DNA from: Vicugna vicugna | Taxonomy: Eukaryota | DNA: 64,000 nucleotides | Direction of reading: 5' to 3' | Assembly (NCBI GenBank): GCA_013265495.1 | Contig: MU058153.1 | Location: 62,001 to 126,000, forward strand | Part shown: positions 12,063 through 24,980 of the stretch, in pieces | Layout: every line of letters starts with the position of its first letter | Numbering within the stretch: position 1 is the stretch's first letter | Notes under the pieces: generated by a model | Told to the model about the DNA's origin: nothing | What the model saw: the letters and a program-made list of their open reading frames with translations, nothing else | The model's database searches: none | Made by a program: the position numbers and the translations under genes

Positions 12063-15000
12063 AGTAATACCTCATTCAAGTAACACTCACTTGAACATTT
12101 TTTTAACTTCAGAGTATTAATATTGGAGTTGCTGCATTTCTGATTATAAAGATTATAAAGTAAATCATCTCTACTGTCAAGGAGTCAACATTTTGGTGGA
12201 GAAGCCAGAAACTCACTATGTTAAAAAGAAGTTAAGATTGTTTAACTCGTCGTAGGAGAAATAAGATGACATAGGGACAATCTAATGCTAATGAAATGTA
12301 TCAAGTTCCTTGGATTTATCATCCCATAATCCAGATTTGAGTGCAACCTTATAAACAGTCCTTCATCATTCCAATTCTTTCTAGAAGCCTTGTACATAGT
12401 AAGTTAAAGCAACACACAATTATACATTTATTCATCTGCTGAATGAAACTTTATTAAGAATCTAATATGGGTCAGGCACTGTATTACACAATTGACATTA
12501 TGCTGGTACTCTGAGGGATTGAATCAAACAGAACACAACATCCAACAGAGAATGAAGGGTTAACTCAAATAGAAGAGAATGACAGAGGAGAGAAAACCTC
12601 TCAGTATCTAGAGGAATAGGAGGTTTCAGCGTTGAGGAAATCACATCCCCTCTTCCTGCCCAAAAATAAGAAGGAAAATATCAGAATGCAAAGATAAGTT
12701 ATTCTTCTCTCAATTTCAATAGAAAAACGGAAAGGTTCAGGGAATGAAAAAGAATGAAAGCTATAAAAATGTACTTGGCAAGTACATTTCAATTTACTTC
12801 AGTTTATTATTCTTTATCTATCTCATCTAAATAGTTCCTTTAGGTTAACTGAATAGAATTGCAGAGTATTCAGTGGGGACCGCAGGAGCAGGAACCGTAC
12901 CTTGTTCAGTGATGGAATCAGTCCTTCATCCCCATTTTGCCTTTGCATATGCGCTGTTCAAACCTTCAAGTCTCAACATCCTGGTCTTTCTACTGTGATT
13001 AGCAAATGCCAAATCAATTTAAGAACCATTGCACTGAACATCAAGGAGTTAAATCATCCCTTGGAAACTGAGTTAGAACAGATTCTGATATTGGTTTTAT
13101 TGAATCACTTAATTCTATGTAAAGAGAAAGAGGAGCCTAAGTGTGAGGAATGTCTGAAAGTCAGTAGTGTCATACCCTACCCAGGCCTCCCCTTCTCGGG
13201 TGTGCCGTCTATGACAGGCAATCCCTTGGGTCACACCTGCATCAGAAACATTCTTTTACATGGCTTTCATCTGACATTCGGCATTCTTTTCATATATATC
13301 ATCACAGTGCAGAGGTATACCCAAGCCATCATTGCGTTCTCTGTCATGTTTTCAAATACCCTAGAATTTCCCTGTGTCTGTTTTTAACACAACTGTACAG
13401 AAATCATTAACTGAAGAAATTACTGTTTAATATTTTTCTCCACTGTGAGAATTACTCAGTTTTGTATGTTTTGCTCTGTCTTCCTCATCACTAACGTCCA
13501 GTTTTCAGAAAAGTACATGCCACAAAGTAAATACTTGTCGAATGAAAAGTGACGTGTGTGAAAACAGTCTTCATACCAATGCACTGCAAACTTTAGAGTA
13601 TGTAACACTTCTGATCTCTTTCCGTTCCTCGAGCCAGATGTTTTAATTCACTAAATTGGGGCAGGGTTCATGATTTTTGTTTCTAAGAGGCTCAAGGGTG
13701 ATGCTCAAGCAGCACTTTGGGCAGCACTTGTCCACATGACTCTATGGCCTCGCTGAAGAAACCAATGATAAGATTCCAAAGCTGCACTTGAACGGTTGTG
13801 GCCTTCAAAGCCCATTTGAGACATTGTACATAGTGATCAGGGATTTCTGGTGTCCCCATTTCTGGTGTCCCCATATCCCCCATATATAGGGATCTGTCTG
13901 TTGTTTTACTTGGGCCAAGAATAGACTCAGGTAGCCCAAGGGATTAGGAAATTCCTTGGACATTTTTACTCTGGACCTTAACTATCTACAGCTCACATTT
14001 CACTATGTATCCCTGATGGTGGGGGTAATTTCATTACGATTTCACATTTCCTCCTTTTGCACCAGTTTGAATCAAGCTACTGATGAACACTGCCTTCCTC
14101 GCAGGACTGCCTAGCCACTGATTTATTTCTGAGTTTTGGAGGAAAGTTTCAGAGAACTTGAAGTTCATATTTACCTACCTGTTTCCCACCATTCACAGAT
14201 GGACTGTCAAACACCACGTATCAATTCAAATCTGAGAGTACATACAACGCTGTATCTCCTCCTGACACTTCAACTGGTTCATTTGCCTACTGCCACCTCT
14301 CTTGTTGCAATTCTGTTCTGACAGTGTCCAGTTTCTGAGAAATTTAAATTCAACTCAGTGCTTTACTGCAATAGTTGCACAGTGATTGGCATTTTAGTAA
14401 CTGTTTGGAACTAAATGAATTGCAAGTTTCCTCTACCCACTACTGTTTTGAGGAGGAGTGACTGTCTCAAGTTTTGAGGAAGAAAAAAACCATCTAGTCA
14501 AAGAAGTGGGAAAAAAGAGAGTAATAATGTATATACAAAGACTGCTTACAATTGCTGTGCGATCCTTAGGAGGCAAAGGTGGGCTGTAATTCTTTCACTC
14601 TGATTATTATAGAGTCTCTTCTGTGGTCTTAACCACATCTCCCTTTTCTGGAACTGGACTGTGAATGGGTGCTGTTCCAGAAACCAAGTAAGACAATGGA
14701 ATCACCATCTATCCTTACATCAATCTTCAGCTCTTCGATTTCAAGCAGATTTGGAGCTCTGTAATCTGCTACTCCATCACACGGGCCTGGGACCTTAAGA
14801 TCATTGCCATTCTTCCTAGTCATCAACTAATGTTTACATAGTAGAATATGCCTGCACAGAGCATCGTTCCTCTAAAACATCTCCAAATTTCTAACTTGTC
14901 TTTAAAAGAATGAAAGAAAGAAAAATCATTCTCTTTACCCAGCATCGTATTTGGTAAGTAGACAATTGAGGGAAAGTAGATTTGGATTTTTCCCTCCAAG

Positions 15001-17824
15001 GTTCTAGTATGCCTATTGGTATCACACTATGTTCTTAGAAATCACAAATTTCTCAGCCCTCTGATGAAAATGAAGTCCCCATGTATCAGAGACTGTTATG
15101 AATCACAAATCCACGTCACTGAAAATTTACCATCACCCAGAGTTTTGACCTGAGAAGGTACCCTCTCTCTCATTTATACCTTACATTGCCAGTAATTTTC
15201 CCTCCATGATACTTTCTCTAGCTCGTTTTGTTCCGAATTTCCAGACTCCTCTCTACTGGTAAATCACACTGGCTCATTATACGGGCTTCAGTAAGTGGGA
15301 TTTTCCTGCATCAGTCTTTCTTCACCTCCTGCATTAATCTTCTCTTCTCATTCTTTTTTGGACATTGATGAGTTGCGGTCCCCCACTCCCTTTAAATGCA
15401 CACCTCCACCTTCTCCAGCTAAACAGAGCCAGGATATCACCAGCTTCAATGCACAGAACTTGAAACAAATGACCCTGACTTCTTGTCAGCTTTGTATGAA
15501 TAAACAGATTAGATTTCTGTTTTCCCCATGTAATTCTCTGCTGAAAAATGCATTTTTCAGCAAATATGTCTTAGCTGAGGTACATAAGTGTTCTCATTTA
15601 GCAAAAGGCAGCCTGTGATGCAGAAGAATAAAAGGCTTTGGTTGAAAAAGGCCTTAGAATAGAGAATGTTCTATATCTCATATAGATGCTGAAAAAAATA
15701 TTCATTGAACTGGGTAACATAGTAAGTAAGTTAGAAAAGTAGATCCAGCTCAGTGATTCTCTCCAAAAGTGCCCACCGGTCTATGCATGAAGCACAGAGG
15801 CTTTATTTCTTCATCTTCACTTTGTGTAAGCAAGGACACTTGCCGTCCTTTGTCTACTACAATTGTAGGATAACTTGGGGAGTAACACAAAGAAGATCGT
15901 TCCTTGAAGCTGGAAATGTGTCGTGTTGAACTCTGTAGCCACAGCGCTCAGCAATATGTCTGGACCGTAAAACGTATATGATGGATGCTCGCTGGGTGAA
16001 AAGGATACTGGAGAGGAAATAAAAACGCAAAGCCATGAAAAAACTCTCCAAATCACACCCTCTCCGTTCAAATATTCATGAATTGATGAGGCGAAGAAAT
16101 TGTTCTGCTCCGTTACAATATCTGTCCCCATTCCCTCTTCCACACATGTAAGCAGCAAGCACTTACTGTCAGATTGTGACCCTGGGGAAGTCATTCATTT
16201 CCACTTGAACCAGCTGTTTCAAATAACTTGTGCATGTTGCGTTTACCAAAGGGAAATTATACCTTTTCTTTCTTTGATTCACTGAGGGATTTTTATTTGG
16301 AAAACATTTACTTGCATCTTTCAGCTGCTGTGATAGATTTCACAGCAAGCATCTCACTGTGAAAGAGGAGCCCCTGCAAACTGCTAACCTTCTTCAAGGT
16401 CCCTTGTGGTGCCAGGCGAAGGGGAACAGGAAGGGAGGCGGACGGGGAGCAGAGTGTTCTCCTGGAATCAACTCATGTGGGGCCACTTCTGAGCAATCTG
16501 TTGAAAAGCAGCCTGTGGGAGGGAAACAGGCTTGGAGCTGCCAGGGCAGCGTTCAGATCTTAGATGCAGAATTTTAAGTTATTGGGCCTTTATATTTCAC
16601 CTCTATAGAGAATAAATGAGAAGAAGATACACCTCTACAGAGTGTATGTAGTACAATGTTTCTAATACATAAGAGATGCTCAAAAATTGTAGCTATTCTT
16701 GTCCTCATTTAGAAAAAACAACCTCTGCCCTTTTAAATAAGGAAACAATAAAATGTGCACATCACTAGGGACGTCATTAGGGAGAACCTGATTGCTTTTT
16801 CAATAGAGGTGATAGAATTGCAGTAACCGACAGCAGTACACACGCCACATTTTCTTGCTGGATCCAACTTGTAACAAATAATTCATGTTTCTAGGGAACA
16901 AGTTCTTTGTCTTTGGTACTTAGAAATAGTTCTAGCATACAGTAGGTATTCAACAAGCATGTGCTTAATCATGCGATGTGTAGATTAGGAGTACAGACTG
17001 TGATGATGCTAAGCAATGGTACAACCTTCATTTCCTACGAACTGGCTAGGTGCAGAGCTTGACGTGCTGTACAAAAAATAGAGAAACGAATGAAGGGGAC
17101 ACTGCCTTTGCCCTCTAGTGTGATTCGGTAGCCAGAGCATATAGGATATGTTCCAGGAAGGGTGAGTCATCTTATGACTGGAGCATCAGATTTGGGGAGA
17201 TTTGAGATGTAATGTTAAATATATCTGGAAATGTGGAATGATATGATATAATAAATGACCTTGAATTCTCAGAAACCGTCAAAAATATTTGATCTAAAGG
17301 AAAGGCTGATCAGATGGGAGCAGTTAGGAGGATATTAAAATAGTCTGGTTTGCTAGTTTTCCATCTCTAACCTACAGGACACAAAGCAACGAGTGGCAGC
17401 GCTCAGAGATCCGTATCCTTACTTTGACTGCAGTCAGCCTGCTTTAAAATGAATCACTATATATTGAAAAATCAGTAGTCTTGGGCAGAGGTGGGAAGAT
17501 GACACACTTCTGACCTAACGTGTCAGGGGGACAGACAGGTCAAATTTGGCAGTTATTAAACAATTACAGTTCAGAGTTAGGTGAGTCATTTCAGGTTTGG
17601 AAAAGAAGGAAAATTAAAAGATGCTCATAAAAATGCCTTGGCTGGAATAAGATGAAATTAACCTGGGGGGGGAAATGTAAGAGGAAGAAATAGGCTTAGG
17701 TGAAAAGATGAATAATTCTAGATATGGAATAAAGTGAGACTAATTAGTCTGAAAAGTGGGGAACAAGAAAATTCATAAGTAAAATACTCTAACCCAAGGA
17801 TGCCCCCAGAATTGTCCAAGTCAG

Positions 17825-17965
17825 ATAGGCCAGAATCAACTTGGGAGCTTCAAATTGATACATTATTGGGTTTTTGCTTTTGGAGAGTCTAGTTCAGCAG
17901 ATCTGGGATAGGACAGGGAAAGCCCTATTTTTCCTAAAAGTGCTCACATTTTCTGATGGGTGGCC
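17825..17965. mobile_element. MER5-like hAT-Charlie fragment
   Basis: 'agaatcaacttgggagcttc...agagtctagttcagcagatctgggatagg'. Confidence 0.55.
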
Positions 17966-18108
17966 ATAGAATAAAATCCACCCCAGGGTCTTGGGATGGC
18001 CACCTGGATTTAGGTATAATTTGATGCCCAGGAATGAACAGTGAACAAATGACTAAAAGAAGAAAGGATAAAAATGACATCCACGAGTTTTGTTTCCCAC
18101 TAAATCTT

Positions 18109-18129
18109 TTGTTGTTGTTGTTGTTGTTT
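18109..18129. repeat. (TTG)n microsatellite
   Basis: ttgttgttgttgttgttgtt. Confidence 0.9.
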
Positions 18130-19019
18130 ATTCTTAATCATAAAAAAAAATAGATTCTATCCCTAAAGAGAGAAAGTTTTGTTTTGGTTAATCTGGTCCT
18201 TTCAAGGAGAGAAGAGATACCCCATTTCCTTCATGGAAACCTTCCTCTCCTTGATACTGAAGCTGGCTGAAACCAAAGTGTTACATTTCTCCCAATGAGA
18301 AAAGGGTACATGTAAAAATTAAGTACAATCACACCATTTTAGTATTTGAGGCAACTTTAAAATCACACAGTCCGACTCTCTCACTTAAAATAACCGAAAA
18401 TGTCAAAGAAATTCGCTATTTATCCTCTAGGTGAAAAGCTGTTTATAGGCCAGGATGATTTCTTATTTACTTTTGTATTCTCTATACCCATTCCATTTCA
18501 GGTTCCTAGTAAACATGTCAGTTTTATATGCTGTATTAAATTACCCAAGATATTTATTTCTTCTTTCTTGCTCTCGCGCATACACACATGTGCACATGCA
18601 CACACGTACACACACTTATATGGATTATGGTCTATGATTTAGTTCCAGTCAGCATAATGCCAAGATTCCACACTTGCCAAAATGTGGCTTAGCTGGAGAG
18701 AGCAGCCATCTATTTTTTTAACTCACTACGTTAAAAAATTTGTACCGTAGAGAGAGCAAGGAATTCTTCACTATAGGATGGAACAAAAATTCCAAGGATA
18801 TAGAATTGCACATAAGGTTGTCTATGAAGTTTTGGTAATGGCTATGCTGAAATGATAACTTCGATAGCTACCAGGACAGTAGTTGAGGAATTTCACACCC
18901 CAAGTGAAAGTAAAAGGGGAAAAGAATCTAAGGAGATTTCTGAAGGAGTGGGAAATGTTTCAAACTTTCTTTCAAACTTTGGAGATATTTGGAGAGTTTG
19001 ATTGATCGACAGTGAACAA

Positions 19020-19170
19020 TATAACGATCAGTACTTCTATAAGGAGATTTCCAATTTGCAGAGTACCCTCACAAATGTTATGTCATTTATTTCTCACAAC
19101 ATTACAATGTGATGGTTCCATCAGATAGTAGCTTCTTCCATTTGTAGATAAGAAAATTGAGACAACAAGG
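19020..19170 (-). mobile_element. MIR SINE
   Basis: 'tgtcatttatttctcacaac...ccattttgtagataagaaaattgagac'. Confidence 0.65.
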
Positions 19171-21037
19171 ATTCATCAGGAGCATTTAGGTGGCTGAATT
19201 ACTTTTCTTGCATTTAAATAGCTTTGCCACTTTTTAAAACGGTCAGGAAAGACCACCTTTGAGATGAGACCCTGTGATGTGTTACAAGCAACACACTGAG
19301 CCCTGTCGTTGAAAATGAATCTGTATGGGCTACTAGCCGACTTCAAGCAACTCCACTCTGCTTCTGAACTATATTTTTATCTTGGCAAAGAACACAGAAT
19401 TTTCAGTCTGCTTTGGCAGTTCTCAGATCCATAATCGCCCAATCCAATTAAAGGTCTATTCACTTCCACCATTACCATTACACTAGGTTGCTCTGCAGTG
19501 ATAAAAGTAGGTTGAACAAAGCAAATCCCATCTGAAAATGAACGATTCTGCCTATTTATTGACATCATCCTTGTCTGTTGTGGACTCACTTGGTATTCAT
19601 TTCCTGGGGCTTTCAGGAGTGTCTGTTTGCTAAGTGAATGAAAGAAAAATTGAAAGCATCAATGTTTACCTGACCTAAGACTTCCATGACAAAAAAAGCT
19701 AAGACCAAAGAGCAAATTAATGCATACATTGGTCACAAACTATAGAGGCAAATGTTTGGAATGTCTTAAAATTTTAATGCATATTTTATACCCCACTGGG
19801 AACATTTAAAAGCTTTGACCTTAGCCTATAACAATTTGGGAAAAAGGAAGGGGGAATGAAGTCTGAACTACACATCGAACAAACTGAATTTGTGTCCAAT
19901 AATGTGAAATGTTTATTTAAACCAGCCCAGCAGAATGTGACAATCTATAGACTAGAGATAGGGGATGTGAGTTCCAGAGGTTGTCAGTAGTTACCAGCGT
20001 GCTCATCCTAAATCATTTAAACTCTACGGTTTTGAGATAGAAAACCAAGGCAGAAGGACTGTTCTGCAGTCAGAAAAACCTAGGATAGGATTCTAAAATC
20101 TATGAGGAAGCCCTCACCTACTAAGTGTAGCTAAATCATCCAGAACCCAAAACATGGATACTATGCCTCTGACCTAAAATTTAAACCACAAAATTTATTA
20201 TTAGCCCTTTCTCCTGAGACTACCCAGACTAAGGCATTTCCTAATTGAGAGAGAAGCATAAATCTCATTTATCATAGAGATTTGGGCAACATATGAAACC
20301 TGGGCTATCAGGGAGGCCAAGAGAAGTGCAGATAACAAGGTCCAAAAATCCTTCCTCATGTCAAAGTGCTAGTAGCCTCAGTACATTCTCTTGTTCTTAA
20401 TGTTAACTCACACCCTGGAGACAAATGAAGAAGAAGTAGGGCGGTCTGCATGTAATAAGGATTATTGAAACTTTACAAAAATGTTTGACAATGTGCCAGG
20501 CATATAAAAACATCAAATACACTTTAGATGTTATTATATTATTATTATTGTCATCGCTATTGTCATGATCCTCAGTATCATCTGGCAAAATCATCTTAAA
20601 GGCTATCAGGTAGTCCCTGAGTTAGCAGCTCTGATTGTAGTCTGTATTCCCCAATGCCCCAGTATGAACTTTGAATCTGTAAGGACATAAATCAAAGGCA
20701 CAATGTCTTTAATTGGATATTCCAGTGCAAATGATCCCTTCACACAAGACGTGCACCTCCCCCATGCAGAATATCTAGCAAAACATTCAGATATCTGCCC
20801 ATCCCCATTCCTGTAATTGATACCCAGTCTTTAGATGGAGCACAGACGAATGCCACAGAACAGGTTAAACTAACTGTTTTCAAACAATTCACTCAAAAAG
20901 AAAAATGAGACTTAGTTATTCAAACTGAACTAGATACCCTATGACCACCAATCAGCTTGAAGTCTACACTGGAAGCACTGTCAGCCTGTGTCTTCCAACT
21001 CACATAGATCCCAGTGTGGGAAAGGGAAACAATGGTA

Positions 21038-21294
21038 TAAAACACTTTCTTTCCAGGGGCACCGTGTGCACCCTGAGAATGCAATTTTTGTGTGGAAGTC
21101 AGACACTAACTTGCCTCTTCCTGAGAACATGACTAAAACACTTTCTTTCCAGGGGCACCGTGTACACCCTGAGAATGCAAGCAACACACTGAGCCCTGCC
21201 GTTGAAAATGAATCTGTATGGGCTACTAGCCCATACAGATTCATTTTGTGTGGAAGTCAGACACTAACTTGCCTCTTCCTGAGAACATGGTGAC
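21038..21294 (+). repeat. ~95-bp tandem duplication with templated insert and 21-bp perfect inverted repeat in copy 2
   Basis: Copy 1 is 21038-21131 and copy 2 starts at 21134. Segment 21178-21231 matches 19285-19338 at 53/54 bp. Inverted arms are 21205-21225 and 21227-21247. Confidence 0.95.
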
Positions 21295-21927
21295 TGCACT
21301 TCAGGGATCATAAAGCCTTCAGATATTTAAGGAAACAGTACTAGAAGGTCAAGTAGCCCTCAGATGACTGACTGCAGAGATCTTATTAAAGTAAGACCAC
21401 CCTTATTTATTAAGGGAGCTTCTTGGAAAGAAAACCAGCTTTTCATTTTTGTGTACCCTGCAGGTAGTTGTCTTCAAGGTAGGGGCCATCCCATCAAAAT
21501 TTATTCCTGAAATGCCTTCAGGTCAGACTCCACCCACTGGCCAGGGTTGTTATGGATGATCAAGTTATTCTAGACTTCCTCCTTACAAGCCAATGTAATG
21601 CAATCACTAAGACATTCTTCTCTACCTGAATTAATGCCAGGTGCCAAATGGAAAAGTCAGTAGAGACTTTTAAATAGAGACCTGAATTTCTAAGTTAGAT
21701 CCTGATAATGTGGGGATTTGCTCAACTTGTTGGGTCCAGGATCCTGAGGACGACGGTTGTGGTCAACATTGTTGGTTGACCTCATCCTGCTGCTTGACGT
21801 CTTGTTGCTAGAATCCTTTACTCAATGCTATAAGAAACAAATGTGAACTAATTTATTTCCTGACTAGTTTGTCTGATTAATGATGGATTACCATACTCAT
21901 GGGAACATTTTCTGGAAACCAAGACAA

Positions 21928-22387
21928 TGTAGGAATGAGAGGTAACTCTCCATGTGTCCTTCATATCTCTGCATGTTAGTAGAGCAAAAGTCTTGGAAGA
22001 CAGTGATAATGGCTCCCTCTAGAGAGAAGTACAGATTTGTTTGCTGTACTGTAAAATAAAGATGGTGTCTCCATTCCTGGGCAAAGATAAAGTAACCTTA
22101 TTACCTATCATCAAAGATTTAGATTCTCTAAACTGAGATTCCTCTCTCGTTAACACACACTGCACATATAGATGTCTAGCTTTTCTGTGCTATTCTGCGG
22201 AACGTGGGGCTCTGAGAACCAGCACAAATGCTGATGCTCTAGACATTGCTGTGGCTGTAAGTAATACAGTTTTTCTCTCTGATCCAGGAGGCTCATGTCT
22301 TTTGCCACCCCCCATGCAATTGTAGCAAGCTGACTTTTTCATTTGTAAGCAAGATAAAGTCTCAAACTCTGTCCAGAGTTCTTTACA
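21928..22387 (+). mobile_element. ERVL solo LTR (MER54/MER73/MER74/LTR53 group)
   Basis: TGT...ACA ends; 'cttggaagacagtgataatggctccctctagag...aataaagatggtgtctcc...gggcaaag'. Confidence 0.7.
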
Positions 22388-22731
22388 GAGGGTGGCCAGG
22401 GTCTTGGAATTATGGTAACAATTGTTCTTATTTTCTTATTTTATCTGCACTTTATTGCACTGTATGATTGCTAACATATTTATAGTGATATTTAACAGTT
22501 GTTCTTAAAAGATTCACTCTCTAATGTGGTGGCTGACTCACCCTGAGATCACTAAGTACCTCTTTTCCTTCTCATTGGAAAAGTAGTTGCATTAACAAAT
22601 GTGACTATTTTTTACTAGTCTTAAATTAGATCAAGATCATGTGCCACTTACTAGGGGCAGATTCATAAGAAAGCATGTAATGTCTATAAATAATCTACCA
22701 AAATTTTTTTGTTTACAAAACATGTTTATTT

Positions 22732-23080
22732 GTAAGGATGGAGTAGGTTTAGGCTGAGGCAACACATAATCCTCAAAATTTTTGTGGCGTAACACTTAGT
22801 TTATTCCTCATTTGCACAAATTCTGCTGGCAATGCCCCAGGAAGAACCCTTATTAACTTAGTGATGGCAGTGAGCTTAGCCATTCAGGTTGCTGGCTCTC
22901 CATTTCTGCCCCGACACCTGCCTCAGGAGGGGAGAAGATGTTGGACTATTGCATGCAGGCTTTTCACTGCCTCAACACGAAAGCGACACATGCTAAATCC
23001 ACTCACAGTTCATTGGCCAGAATGGGTCATATGACCCCAGCCAGACTGAAAGGAAACCGAAGAGTGTAATCTTTCATATG
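22732..23080 (-). mobile_element. Old MLT1 (J/K/L-like) MaLR LTR
   Basis: 'ccactcacagttcattggccagaatgggtcatatgacccc' plus MLT1-like end 'taggtttaggctgaggcaaca'. Confidence 0.65.
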
Positions 23081-23092
23081 TTTAAAAAACAT

Positions 23093-23225
23093 GGGGAAGG
23101 GTATAGCTCCAGTGGTAGAGTGCAGGCTTACCATGCACGATCCTGCGTTCAATCCCCAGTACCTCCATTGAAATGAATCAGTAAATAAATAAACCTAATT
23201 ACCTCCCACCCACCCCACCAAAAAA
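23093..23225 (+). mobile_element. tRNA-derived SINE (Vic-1-like)
   Basis: GGGGAAGGGTATAGCTCCAGTGGTAGAGTGCAGGCTTACCATGCACGATCCTGCGTTCAATCCCCAGTACCTCC plus tail. Flanks aaaaaacat / aagaaacat are a probable TSD. Confidence 0.85.
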
Positions 23226-23454
23226 GAAACATAGTCCTGTCTAATCATCTATAAAAAAATAGAAAAAAATTACCTTTGGATCCTATTAGAAAAAACTTAT
23301 GATTGAGTCAATATTGATTGCCAGTGTCTGCACAGGGAAAATAAACAAACATGGACAAAAAGCACCTTCCGCATATCTAGAATGGTCACCGGGTTGTCCC
23401 TGAAGCTGCAAGCATTGTGTAAAACTCTTCTTACGTCTCTCTATGAGATAACAT

Positions 23455-23720
23455 AACAAATAATGCCAATTCTCAGCCTTGGAAGTATTTGAATAAATAT
23501 TTCAGAGATGATTTGAAGTATATTTCATATATATTATCTCATTTAATTCTCAAAAAACCCTACAAGTAAAGGTTTTTTTTTTTAATTTTAAAAATAAGGA
23601 AAGGTAGTTAAGGAGAAGTCAAGCGACTTGTCCATGGATTCAGTGGGTTGGGGAAGCCTGACAGTTTAACTCTTGGGTCCAGACTCTTTACCTCCTCTAC
23701 CCTCTTCTTAACATCCACAT
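23455..23720 (-). mobile_element. MIR SINE
   Basis: 'tattatctcatttaattctcaaaaaaccctac...gaagtcaagcgacttgtccatgg'. Confidence 0.6.
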
Positions 23721-24475
23721 ATTGCTAAAGAACGCACTCGACAGGTATTACCAAGTGATTAATATCTCTTAGAGTCCTACAAGTTAGTCTTATTGTTAGG
23801 AAAACTGAGCTGAAGTATGGTCTGTTTCCAAGTGTACAGACATCCAAGTTCAGCAAAACTAGAATATGAGAATAATTCTGAAAGTAAAGGAAGGGAATTG
23901 AAGGCTTTGTGGTCAATCTGGGCTAGTTTTTTGCTCCACTTGGCTTCATAAGATGCATAATATGCATCATGAAGACAGATGAGACACTTTAGGGTCTTGG
24001 TTATCTGGCTGATATTTGCCGTACTTCCAGGGTACACAGGAACCCTATTCATATTTTAAAAGCATTCTTTCAGAACATAATTGGGTCAATTATGATTATA
24101 TTTGGGGCAATAATCAGAAACTGGTGAATTGTATTGGCAATGATGTTTAAATTGTACTAATATCAAAAATACATGACAATACGTTGGCCGTGTTAAACAA
24201 TAATGATTTTTTTCATAGCACATAATATATGGTCAAAGCCATTTCATGTCTATTATCTGACTTCGGATTTCAAACATCTGGTTAGTGAGGCAAAGTGTAT
24301 ATTGTTATCACCATAATTGAAATGGAGAAGTTGCAGCAGAAGTTAAATGGTTTCATTTATTTTTGATACAAATTAACCGTATGCTCTTTAATCCAGGTTG
24401 GGTGACAAAGAGTGAAATAAGGTATTTCTTAGATGTCAAAGAATGTGCAGATCTCTACAAGGTGGAACAGTGAAT

Positions 24476-24640
24476 CAGTGATGGAACTAAACTGAATCAA
24501 ACAAAATTTGATTAAGGTTCCATTAAGATAATATTTTGATGCTTAGGTTCTGACCTAGTTCAATTAAATATGAACACAAAGGGAAGTCATTTTTCAAACT
24601 GGTTTGGTTCATGGTTCAATTAGTAGATAATATTTTAAGA
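24476..24640. mobile_element. Possible ancient hAT (OldhAT1-like) DNA transposon fragment
   Basis: Starts 'cagtgatggaactaaactgaatc', with degenerate GAACC/GGTTC subterminal repeats and 'agataatatttt' twice. Confidence 0.3.
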
Positions 24641-24799
24641 CAATTAAGTATATTCATGATTTTTCATGATCATGAGCTTTAGATGCATGGTTTGGTTGTA
24701 AGCAAGTTGCTAATTAAATTGGAGTACTTTTGGAAGGAAACAGAAGGAAATAGAACACAGTTATTTTCTGAGAGGTTATATGCAAACCTCTATATCACT

Positions 24800-24980
24800 C
24801 CATCTTTACTGACTCTGTGAAACACCTGTCATGATTCCAATTTTACAGATAAGAAAACTTAAAACATTATGTTGGTTAAGGATGATTCCCATAGTCACCG
24901 AATTAGAATGAGTGAAAATTAGAAATGTTCTCATCTGTTCATAGGTTTTATGACTCAGAAGCTCATGTGACTTTCTCAGG
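24800..24980 (-). mobile_element. MIR SINE
   Basis: 'gattccaattttacagataagaaaact...ggttaaggatgattcccatagtcac'. Confidence 0.65.

Noticed and set aside
12902..13387. Longest ORF in the track (161 aa)
   Set aside because: Non-ATG start, no recognisable domain, and a length within chance expectation for 64 kb of six frames.
13843..13874. 15-bp tandem duplication ATTTCTGGTGTCCCC x2 (similar small duplications at ~38582, ~50001, ~50108, ~52711)
   Set aside because: Ordinary replication-slippage micro-duplications with no further structure.
15817..16194. 125-aa minus-strand ORF in unique sequence with some CpGs
   Set aside because: No recognisable protein, the start lies in MIR-like sequence, and there are no supporting exon boundaries.
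20941..21293. Overlapping ORFs with repeated peptides (KTLSFQGHRVHPENA x2; LCGSQTLTCLFLRT)
   Set aside because: The peptide repeats simply reflect the DNA duplication. There is no credible start context, splice structure or homology. It is also not a CRISPR-like array: only two units, in a eukaryotic context.
23093..23165. tRNA-like sequences (also 1-84, 54640-54712, 55558-55632)
   Set aside because: They have A/B boxes but broken cloverleaf stems, A-rich tails and TSDs, so they are SINEs rather than tRNA genes.
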